DNA of 64,000 bases from Candidatus Omnitrophota bacterium (lineage in GTDB: Bacteria > Omnitrophota > Gorgyraeia > Aquiviventales > Aquiviventaceae): positions 8,686 to 72,685 of the forward strand of contig JACPTX010000028.1 in NCBI GenBank assembly GCA_016192545.1, read 5' to 3'. Shown one piece after another: positions 38,504 through 47,348 of the stretch. The translations under genes and the position numbers were made by a program. The notes under the pieces were generated by a model that was given only the letters and a program-made list of their open reading frames with translations, ran no database searches and was not told the origin of the DNA. How positions within the stretch are numbered: position 1 is the stretch's first letter; the number at the start of each line of letters is the position of its first letter.

Positions 38504-39417
38504 TGATCCTGATCCGCCTGGTCCTCGGCTTAGGGTTGTTCATCAGCTCGCTCATCGCGGGATGGGCGCTTGGCCGGCGCGGGATATTGACCGAATCCCG
38601 GGCCAGGGCGCTCCTGCACGCGGTCGTGAAGTACGTCGCCCCTGTCGTGCTGACGCTCTCCTTCTGGCGCCTGCAGATCCGCGCGCCCGGCCCGTGGCTG
38701 CTGCCGCTGATCGGCGCGCTCGTGTCCGCGTCCACGCTGCTGCCCGCCTGGGCCTGCACGCGCGCCGCGCCGCTGACCGGGCCGCAGAAGGGCAGCGTCC
38801 TGACGTCGGCCTTCTTCTCGAATCTGGGGTTCTTCGGCGCGTTCGTCGCGTTTGCGCTGCGCGGGGAAGAAGCGTACGGGCTGGCGACGCTCTACCTGGT
38901 CTATTTCAGCCCCTGCTTTTATTCGCTGGGGTTTGCGCTGGCCCGGCGGTTCGGCGCGGGCCGTCGGGAGGTGCAGCCTCCCGATGAGCTGCGGTGGTAT
39001 CCATTTGCGGGGATGGCGATCGGCCTCGCGCTCAACCTGCTCAACGTGCCGCGTCCCGCCTTCTGCGAACCGGTCAACCGGGTGCTCATTCCGCTCGACA
39101 CCATCCTGCACGTCGCCGCGATCGGCTCCCAGCTGAGCCTGCGCCTGCCCCGCCGGTGGCTGAGGGTCTCGCTGGCGATGAGCGCGATCAAATTCTGGTG
39201 GAGCCCCCTGGTGGGATGGGGGCTGGCGTCGGCATTCGGGTTGGAGGGGCTGCCGCGGTTCATCGTGCTGCTCCAGGCGGCCATGCCGGTGGGGGTGTCG
39301 CCGCTGATGCTGTCGATCCTCTTCGGCCTGGACCGCCGGCTGACCAACAGCCTCTTCGTCTTCACGACGCTGCTGGCCGTCCCGTGGCTGCTGGTCTACC
39401 TGCCATGGATTCGGTGA
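38503..39417 (+). CDS. AEC (auxin efflux carrier)-family transporter
   Basis: SNLGFFG, K....P, QAAMP motifs, about 10 TMs. Confidence 0.8.
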   Translation: MILIRLVLGLGLFISSLIAGWALGRRGILTESRARALLHAVVKYVAPVVLTLSFWRLQIRAPGPWLLPLIGALVSASTLLPAWACTRAAPLTGPQKGSVLTSAFFSNLGFFGAFVAFALRGEEAYGLATLYLVYFSPCFYSLGFALARRFGAGRREVQPPDELRWYPFAGMAIGLALNLLNVPRPAFCEPVNRVLIPLDTILHVAAIGSQLSLRLPRRWLRVSLAMSAIKFWWSPLVGWGLASAFGLEGLPRFIVLLQAAMPVGVSPLMLSILFGLDRRLTNSLFVFTTLLAVPWLLVYLPWIR

Positions 39418-39462
39418 GGTTTTGACTTTGTGGGGGGAGGTGTGGTATCGTGGTCGTCGCTG

Positions 39463-40419
39463 ATGTGGCCTCGCAGGATTGTCCTCCTCGCCTTCCTCGC
39501 GCTTGCCGTCGGGGCGCCGGAACAGGGTGAAGCCGGCTGGGTCTGGTCGCCGCAGACCGGCTGGATCGGCCCGTCCGGCGCGGTCAAGGACACCCCGGCG
39601 GAGCAGATGGCCCATGCCATGAGCTTCTTCCAGAAGCCGGACTACGACAAGGCGCGGATCGAGTTCAAGAAGCTCATCCGGCGCTACAAGGATTCCCCCG
39701 AGGCGCCCGAGGCCCAGTATTTCCTCGGCCGCTGCCATGAGGAGAAGGGGGATTACTACGAGGCCTTCCTCGAATACCGCAAGACGATCCAGGTCTATCC
39801 GTCCACCGTGCGGTTCAGCGAGGTCCTGGAGCGGATGTATCAGATCGGCAACTACTTCCTGAGCGGCAAGAAGCGCCGGCTGTTGGGGACGGCCGCGCTC
39901 CTGCCGGCCCGCGACAAGGCCATCGAGGTCTTCAAGGCGATCAGCGAGGAGGGGCCGTTCAGCGACGTCGGGGAGCTGGGGCAGTATAAGCTGGGCATCG
40001 CGCATCTGGCGCTCGGCGAATACGAGCAGGCGGTCGTCGCGTTCGAGCAGCTCATCGACCGCTACCCCGACTCGCCGCTCGTTGACGATGCGCGCTTTCA
40101 GCTGGCGCAGGCCAGCCTCAAGGGCACGTTCGAGCCCGGCTACGACCAGCACGCCACCGACCAGGCCATGGAGCAATTGCACGTCTTCGTGGAGGAATAC
40201 CCGGGCAGCGACCTCTCGCCTGAGGCGTCGGAACGCATCACGGGCCTTCGGGAGCGCCGGGCGGAGCACGAGTTTCAGGTGGGGCGGTTTTACGAGGACC
40301 GCAAGCAGTTCGCCTCCGCGCTGGTGTCCTATCGGGAGGTGGTAAGCCGCTACGCGGATACGTCCTGGGCCTCGAAAGCCACCGCCCGCATCGATGCCCT
40401 GGAGTCCAAGGTCCAATGA
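39463..40419 (+). CDS. bamD: Outer-membrane assembly factor BamD-like TPR protein
   Basis: TPRs with YP.S repeats, YDQ..T..A, EFQVGRFY. Confidence 0.75.
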   Translation: MWPRRIVLLAFLALAVGAPEQGEAGWVWSPQTGWIGPSGAVKDTPAEQMAHAMSFFQKPDYDKARIEFKKLIRRYKDSPEAPEAQYFLGRCHEEKGDYYEAFLEYRKTIQVYPSTVRFSEVLERMYQIGNYFLSGKKRRLLGTAALLPARDKAIEVFKAISEEGPFSDVGELGQYKLGIAHLALGEYEQAVVAFEQLIDRYPDSPLVDDARFQLAQASLKGTFEPGYDQHATDQAMEQLHVFVEEYPGSDLSPEASERITGLRERRAEHEFQVGRFYEDRKQFASALVSYREVVSRYADTSWASKATARIDALESKVQ

Positions 40420-41003
40420 TGGTCAGCACGCAGAAGGCAGAATGCAGAAGGCAGATCATCTCCCGGATATTCCTCCGCTGCTTCCTGCCTACTGCCTCCT
40501 GCCTCCTGCTGGCGGGGTGTGGCTACACGACACGGCCGGGGCTGGCCGCGCATCTGAAGACCATCTACGTGAAGCCCATCACGAACAAGATTGACCTCAC
40601 CCAGCTGACGAACGACTACGATCAGATGCCGATCTACCGGCCCGGGATGGAAACGACGATCACCAAGGCGATCGTCGAACGGTTCCAGTTCACCGGGCTC
40701 ATGCGTCCGGCCAGGCCTGAGAAGGCGGACAGCCGCCTGGAAGGGGAGCTGGTGACGTTCCGGCGGGATGCGTTGCGCTACAACGCGTCCCGGCAGGTCG
40801 AGGAATGGCGGCTGAGCATCGTCCTCAACCTGACGTTCTACGACCTGCACAGCAACACCGTGACGTGGGAAGAAACCAGCTTCACCGGCGACACGACCTA
40901 CTTCGCGCTCGGGGCCAACGCGAAGTCCGAAGCCACCGCCCTTGACCTGGCCATCACAGACGTCGCCCGCCGCGTGGTCGAACGCACCGTCGAAAACTGG
41001 TGA
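40416..41003 (+). CDS. lptE: LPS assembly lipoprotein LptE-like
   Basis: LAGCGY lipobox, TIYV.P..N, position before holA. Confidence 0.75.
   Translation: MMVSTQKAECRRQIISRIFLRCFLPTASCLLLAGCGYTTRPGLAAHLKTIYVKPITNKIDLTQLTNDYDQMPIYRPGMETTITKAIVERFQFTGLMRPARPEKADSRLEGELVTFRRDALRYNASRQVEEWRLSIVLNLTFYDLHSNTVTWEETSFTGDTTYFALGANAKSEATALDLAITDVARRVVERTVENW
40430..40509. repeat. GCAGAAG/CTGCCTC heptamer hairpin inside the lptE signal-peptide region
   Basis: gcagaag gcagaat gcagaag gcaga ... ctgcttc ctgccta ctgcctc ctgcctc ctgc. Confidence 0.8.
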
Positions 41004-41111
41004 TCCCACGCCCTAGCTGGGCTCGCCTTCGGCGAGCCGCGAACATGACTGCGGCCTTCACACGTGTGAGTGTTCGCCAGCCCGGACGGGCTGGCAGCCA
41101 GGGCGTGGGAT
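41003..41111. other. Multi-branched palindromic element filling the lptE-holA spacer
   Basis: Outer stem atcccacgccct/agggcgtgggat enclosing three hairpins. Confidence 0.65.
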
Positions 41112-41898
41112 GATGGCCCCCTCATCAGGACCGGGGGTGTATCTCCTCCTCGGTCCTGACCGCCTCCGCAAGCGATCCCGCCTCGAGGCCCTCGCGAACG
41201 CCTGCGCACCCAACCTCCTCGACCGCCACCAGTTCAGCGCGGCGGAGTGCGCGCCGGCGTTTCTTGCAGGGCTCATCCGCGAGCAGCCCGCCGCCGGCCG
41301 CTGCAAGCTCATCGTGATTGACGACGCCCACCGCCTCAGCCGCGAGTGCGTGGAGGTACTGGTGCGCCATCAGGAGGTCGTGCGCCAATTGGCCTGCGTG
41401 GTGGTGATGACGGAGCACGACGTCGAGGCGAAGCACCCGCTGACGGCCCTCCGACCCTGCTCGACGGTGGAGGAATTCCGGGATGCCGCGCCGGACGCCA
41501 AGCAGGGCTTTGCGCTGGTGGAGGCGATTGGGCGGCGGGATGTCGCGGCAGCCCTCCAGGCGATGAACCGGGAGCTGGCGGAGGGCAGGGAGGCGGTCGA
41601 GCTCTTCGGGCTGCTGGCGTGGCAGCTGCAGCGCTGGCTGACGGTCGGCCACCTGCTGGAACGCGGCCTTCCGCGTCAGCAGATCGCGGCGGCGACGAAG
41701 CTCCAGCCGTGGCTGATTGAGCGGATGAGCGGCGAGCTGGCCGGCCGGCCGACCGCGTGGCTGAGACGGATGGTGCAGCGGTGCTGGGAGCGGGACGTCG
41801 GGGCCAAGACCGGGCGCGTGATCCCGCGGCTGGCGCTGGAAGAGCTGATTGTGGAGCTGTGTCTTGTCAGTTCGCCTTCGAGGCGAGCTGTTGCATGA
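41110..41898 (+). CDS. holA: DNA polymerase III delta subunit (short form)
   Basis: VYLLLG, LIVIDDAH, F.LVEAI..RD, D...KTG..P..ALE; lptE-holA-rpsT synteny. Confidence 0.75.
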   Translation: MMAPSSGPGVYLLLGPDRLRKRSRLEALANACAPNLLDRHQFSAAECAPAFLAGLIREQPAAGRCKLIVIDDAHRLSRECVEVLVRHQEVVRQLACVVVMTEHDVEAKHPLTALRPCSTVEEFRDAAPDAKQGFALVEAIGRRDVAAALQAMNRELAEGREAVELFGLLAWQLQRWLTVGHLLERGLPRQQIAAATKLQPWLIERMSGELAGRPTAWLRRMVQRCWERDVGAKTGRVIPRLALEELIVELCLVSSPSRRAVA

Positions 41899-42133
41899 AG
41901 CGGGATTTGGTCCGGGAGGCGGTGTTGGCGTGAATCACGCCTTTGGCGGCGGCCTGGTCGAACCGCTTCATGACCTGCGGGAGCAGCTTGGCCGCCTCGT
42001 CCCGCTTCCGTTGAGCCAGCAGCGCGCGCATCCGTTTGGCCAGGGTTTTGAGCTCCGAGGCGACGGCCTGGTTCCGGATGCTGCGCACGCGGTCCTTCCG
42101 AAGTTGTCGTAGTGCGGCACGCTTAATCGGCAT
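41867..42133 (-). CDS. rpsT: 30S ribosomal protein S20
   Basis: RN...S.LKT, D.AA.KGVIH.N.ASR.KSR. Confidence 0.95.
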   Translation of the reverse strand: MPIKRAALRQLRKDRVRSIRNQAVASELKTLAKRMRALLAQRKRDEAAKLLPQVMKRFDQAAAKGVIHANTASRTKSRFMQQLASKAN

Positions 42134-42195
42134 GAGTCTCCTTTGTGGGGTGCGCAGACTCTACCACGCTCCCCCGTCGCTGTCAACCCCGTGAG

Positions 42196-43782
42196 ATGAC
42201 GGCCGCCTCCGACCACGCGCGCATCGCGGCCTCCACGCGGGCTATCTCCCTGGCCACCGCCGCCAGCCGCATCCTCGGCTTCATCCGGGATCTGCTCATC
42301 GCGAAGCTGTTCGGCACCGGCATCCAGGCGCAGGCGTTCGTCGTCGCGTTCCGCCTGCCGAACCTCTTCCGCGATCTCGTCGCGGAGGGCGCGATGACGG
42401 CGGCGGTCGTGCCGGTCCTCAGCGCCTATCGCGCGACCCGGTCCGCGCAGGACTTCTGGCGCCTCGCGCAGGCGACGGCGGTGCGCGTGCTCGTGCTCGT
42501 CGGCGTGCTGATGATCCTCGGGGCCGCGTGCGCGCCGTGGCTGGTGACCGTCGTGGCGCCGGGCTTCGTGTCGGAGCCGGAGAAATTCGCGCTGACCGTG
42601 CAGGTGACCCGCGTCCTGTTTCCCTTCATCCTGCTCGTCGCGCTCTGGGCGTTTTTCTGCGGCCTGCTGAACACCCTCCGTCAGTTTGCGGTTCCCGCGC
42701 TGGGCCCGGCGGTCCTGAACGTCGTCGTGATCGCGGGCTGCCTGTGGGTGGCTCCGCGCGTGAACCCGCCGGTGCTGGGGGTGGCGTGGGCGGTGATGGC
42801 GGGCGGGCTGGCGCAGCTGCTCATGCAGCTGCCCGTGGCCTCGGCGCACGGATTCCGGTGGCGGTGGGTCTGGCGCCACCCCGACGGCGGTCGGGGCGAG
42901 GTCATGCGGCTGCTCACCCCGAGACTGCTCGGGGCGGCGGTCTATCAGGTCAGCGTGCTGTTCAACACGATGCTGGCGTCGCTCGGAGCGCTGGCCGGGG
43001 AGGGGGCGGTGGCCGCGCTGTATTTCGCCAACCGCCTCGTGCAGCTGCCGCTGGCGCTCTTCGCGACCTCCTCGGCGCAGGCCAGCCTCCCCCATCTGTC
43101 CGAGCGCGCGGCCGTCAACGATCTCGCGGAATTCCGCGCGACCCTCGTCACGGTGCTGCGGATAGTGCTGTTCGAGAGCCTGCCGGCGGCGGTCGGGTTG
43201 ATGGCGCTGTCAGCGCCCATCGTGCAGGTCTGTTTCGAGCGCGGGGCCTTTGACCGCGGTGCGACCGTGATGACCGCGCAGACCCTGGTGTGGCTGGCGC
43301 TCGGCCTCATCGCCTATGCGGCAGGGCGCGTGCTCACCGGCGCGTTCTACGCCCTGCAGGACACCGCCACGCCGGTGAAGCTCGCGATGGAGGCGCTGGT
43401 CGTGAATGTCGTGCTGGCGGTCCTGTTCCTCAAGCCGATGCAGGTCGGCGGGCTGGCGCTCGCGACGGCGCTGTCCAGCAGCCTCAACGCGTGGCGGCTG
43501 CTGGCGATGTTGGAACGCCGGCTCGGCGAGCCGCTCGTGCCGCACCTCCTCCGGCCCGCCCTGCGCATGGGCCTGGCGGCGGCGGCCATGGGAGCGGGCT
43601 GCGCGCTGGCCTGGCAGCGGCTGGCCCCGGTCATCCCGCCGCTCGCCGCGTTGTCCGTCATCATCCCTGGTGGTATCATGCTCTATGGGACGATCAGCTG
43701 CCTGATCGGCGTCGAGGAATGCTCCGCCGCCCTCCGATGGCTCGCCCGGCTCGTCACCCGCCAGCCCTCCTCGCGCGCGTAA
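42196..43782 (+). CDS. murJ: Lipid II flippase MurJ
   Basis: SRILGF.RD, AFRLPNLFR.L.AEGA, YFANRL.QLP, FERGAF, FYALQDT.TP. Confidence 0.95.
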   Translation: MTAASDHARIAASTRAISLATAASRILGFIRDLLIAKLFGTGIQAQAFVVAFRLPNLFRDLVAEGAMTAAVVPVLSAYRATRSAQDFWRLAQATAVRVLVLVGVLMILGAACAPWLVTVVAPGFVSEPEKFALTVQVTRVLFPFILLVALWAFFCGLLNTLRQFAVPALGPAVLNVVVIAGCLWVAPRVNPPVLGVAWAVMAGGLAQLLMQLPVASAHGFRWRWVWRHPDGGRGEVMRLLTPRLLGAAVYQVSVLFNTMLASLGALAGEGAVAALYFANRLVQLPLALFATSSAQASLPHLSERAAVNDLAEFRATLVTVLRIVLFESLPAAVGLMALSAPIVQVCFERGAFDRGATVMTAQTLVWLALGLIAYAAGRVLTGAFYALQDTATPVKLAMEALVVNVVLAVLFLKPMQVGGLALATALSSSLNAWRLLAMLERRLGEPLVPHLLRPALRMGLAAAAMGAGCALAWQRLAPVIPPLAALSVIIPGGIMLYGTISCLIGVEECSAALRWLARLVTRQPSSRA

Positions 43783-45035
43783 GCGGCCTGCCGGACCAGC
43801 CCGGCGTGTATCTCTTCAAGGATGCACAGGACCGCGTGCTCTATGTGGGGAAGGCCCTCAGCCTGCGCACGCGGGTCAGCTCCTACTTCCACACCCCTGC
43901 CAATCTTGCGCCGCGCATCCAGCGCCTCGTGCCGTTGATCGCCGGCGTGGAGGTGCAGACGACCGCCTCGGAGGCCGAGGCGCTCCTCCTCGAATCCCGG
44001 CTCATCAAGCAGCATCAGCCGAAGTACAACGTCGCCTACCGCGACGACAAAAGCTATCCGCTGCTGAAGCTGACGGACGAGCGCTTCCCGCGGCTGGTCG
44101 TGGTGCGCGAGCGGCGGCCCGGCTCGGGCGGGCGGGCCTTCGGGCCGTATGCGGACGCCGGGCTGCTGCGGCAGGCGCTGCAGTTCATGCGGCGGGTCTT
44201 CCCGCTGCGGACGTGCCGGACGTTTCCGGCGAGCCCCTGCCTCGAGTACCATCTCGGGCAGTGCCTCGCGCCCTGCGTCGGCTCCATCGACGAGGCCGCA
44301 TACGGCCGCATCGTGGCGGACCTCGTCGCGTTCCTCGAGGGCCAGCGCGACGACCTGCTGCGCGAGCTGGCCCGCCGGATGAAGGAGGCCTCGCGCCATC
44401 AGCGGTTCGAAGAAGCCGCCCGGCTGCGCGACCAGATCGAAGCGCTCACCTCCGTCATCGTCGCGAAAGCCAAGTCCTCGCAGGCAGGCCCGTTGGAGCA
44501 GCTGCAGGTGGCGCTGAAGCTGCCGGTGCTGCCGCGGCGCATCGAGGCGTTCGACATTTCGAACCTGTACGGGCAGTTCGCCGTCGGCTCCCTGGTGGTC
44601 TTCGTGGACGGCAAACCGTACAAGGCGCACTACCGGCATTTCAAGATCGAGACCGTGCAGGGCATCGATGACTATCAGATGATGCGCGAGGTCATCCGGC
44701 GCCGCTACGGCGGGACGCTAGCCTCAGAATTGCCCGCGCCGGATTTAATTCTCGTCGATGGCGGCAAGGGGCAGTTGAGCGCGGCGCTTGAGGAGCTCGC
44801 CGCGCTGCACCTGACGACGCCCTCGCTGGGACTGGCGAAGCAGTTTGAGCACATCTTTGTCCCCGGCCGGCGCGATCCCATCATCCTGCTGCCGACCTCG
44901 CCGGTCCTCCACCTGGTGCAGCATCTCCGGAACGAAGCGCACCGGTTTGCGATTCGCTACCACCGCACGCGCCGCGCCATGGCCCTGCGCGAAGAGGTCG
45001 CTTCCCTTCGACGCCGCAGGCCGCCGCACCGATGA
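43737..45035 (+). CDS. uvrC: Excinuclease ABC subunit C (short form)
   Basis: LPDQPGVY, YVGKA..LR.RV.SYF, FGPY, CL.PC, RIEAFDISN, DLILVDGGKGQL, RNEAHRFA. Confidence 0.9.
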   Translation: MARPARHPPALLARVSGLPDQPGVYLFKDAQDRVLYVGKALSLRTRVSSYFHTPANLAPRIQRLVPLIAGVEVQTTASEAEALLLESRLIKQHQPKYNVAYRDDKSYPLLKLTDERFPRLVVVRERRPGSGGRAFGPYADAGLLRQALQFMRRVFPLRTCRTFPASPCLEYHLGQCLAPCVGSIDEAAYGRIVADLVAFLEGQRDDLLRELARRMKEASRHQRFEEAARLRDQIEALTSVIVAKAKSSQAGPLEQLQVALKLPVLPRRIEAFDISNLYGQFAVGSLVVFVDGKPYKAHYRHFKIETVQGIDDYQMMREVIRRRYGGTLASELPAPDLILVDGGKGQLSAALEELAALHLTTPSLGLAKQFEHIFVPGRRDPIILLPTSPVLHLVQHLRNEAHRFAIRYHRTRRAMALREEVASLRRRRPPHR

Positions 45036-45313
45036 CGATGCACCGGCTACGCGAAGTCACCGTCAGCCCGTTTCAGCGACGGGTGTTTGCTGTGGTGAAG
45101 CGGATTCCGAAAGGCGAGGTGCGCTCGTATCAGTGGGTGGCGCGCCGACTGGGGAATCCCCAGCTCGCGCGGGCGGTGGGGCAGGCGCTCCGTCGCAATC
45201 CCTGGCCCATCCGCGTGCCCTGCCACCGAGTCGTGCGCGCCGACGGCTCCCTCGGCGGCTACGCCTGGGGCGCGGCGAAGAAGCGCCGCCTGCTTAAGAG
45301 GGAAGGAGCGTGA
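45032..45313 (+). CDS. ogt: O6-methylguanine-DNA methyltransferase (DNA-binding domain only)
   Basis: IP.GEV.SY, ARAVG.AL..NP, VPCHRVV, LGGY. Confidence 0.88.
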   Translation: MTMHRLREVTVSPFQRRVFAVVKRIPKGEVRSYQWVARRLGNPQLARAVGQALRRNPWPIRVPCHRVVRADGSLGGYAWGAAKKRRLLKREGA

Positions 45314-45327
45314 GGGGTCTGACCCCT
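45313..45327. repeat. AGGGGTCTGACCCCT palindrome overlapping the ogt stop
   Basis: Identical to the copies at 3318 and 3336. Confidence 0.8.
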
Positions 45328-45337
45328 TATTTGGACG

Positions 45338-46123
45338 TTACGGGCGGGGGCTGTGCATGGTGGCGGGGCCGTCGCGCTCGGCGTGCATCATGCCGTCCTG
45401 GTCCACCATGAAGTGCCGCATGCCTGAGTTCGGGTTGTTCGGGGTGGCGTGGACTTCGCACCCCCAGCCCTCAGCCGAGGGCTGGACCGAATAGGCGTAG
45501 TAGCCGGTGTGGTCCTCAAATGCCTGCGGCAGCATCTGCATCTCCTTCATCCGCTCGAACGTGAACGTGGGCGGCACGACATTGCCCTGCGCGTTGGTCT
45601 CGTCCATGCTGGCCAGCACCGCGCAGGCGGTCGAAATCCGCTTGACGTCCGCCATCGCCTGCACCTCATAGGCCATGTTCAGCATCCCAAACGGGTTCAG
45701 GCCTCCTGGCAGCGCGGCGCCGGATTGCTGGGTCGCCGCGGCCGCCCGTTCCGCCATCTGTTCGGACTCCGTCAGCCTGCTTGAAGTTTCGGCCGCAGCA
45801 CGCGAGGCGGGTGCTGCGCGTGCGCCTGGCGATGGAGGCGTGGGCGGCGGTTTCGGCGCAGCGCTCCACACCCTCAGGCGGAGGGGCATGCCGCCTGTCT
45901 CCGGCTGCAGGACCGCGAAATCCTCGCCGATTTCCCGAACCACGTGGCCGTGATACGCGTCGCCTGGCTTGAGGATGGCGCCGTTGATGATGGCCATGGA
46001 GTCTGCGGGCCGCGCAGTCTCATAGACGACGCCCTCAAGCGTGAAGTCGTCGTCCGCCGCCTGCGCCTGTCCGCAGAACCCGATCAGGAGCGCCGTCAGC
46101 AGGAGTGGAATGCGCCGATTCAT
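45338..46123 (-). CDS. Secreted protein: GspB/PilP-like domain, Pro/Ala linker, pilin-like C-terminus
   Basis: Signal peptide AQA; LEGVVY..AIING..L..GD...V.EI; C-terminal Y.Y...ATP...GMRHF.VDQ.G. Confidence 0.55.
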   Translation of the reverse strand: MNRRIPLLLTALLIGFCGQAQAADDDFTLEGVVYETARPADSMAIINGAILKPGDAYHGHVVREIGEDFAVLQPETGGMPLRLRVWSAAPKPPPTPPSPGARAAPASRAAAETSSRLTESEQMAERAAAATQQSGAALPGGLNPFGMLNMAYEVQAMADVKRISTACAVLASMDETNAQGNVVPPTFTFERMKEMQMLPQAFEDHTGYYAYSVQPSAEGWGCEVHATPNNPNSGMRHFMVDQDGMMHAERDGPATMHSPRP

Positions 46124-46184
46124 AATTTCCAGTATAGCATGAGCGCGGCGTCCGTGTTAGACTAGGGGCCGCACCAATCTTCCC

Positions 46185-47287
<1,103 letters not shown>

Positions 47288-47295
<8 letters not shown>

Positions 47296-47334
47296 CAGTC
47301 ACTTTTTGTGCGGGAAAAAGTGACAGTCACTTTT
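47288..47334. repeat. Tandem AAAAGTGACAGTCACTTTT palindrome pair, locus 2
   Basis: Copies at 47288 and 47316; the first supplies the prfB TGA. Confidence 0.9.
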
Positions 47335-47348
47335 GTGAGGGCTAACAG

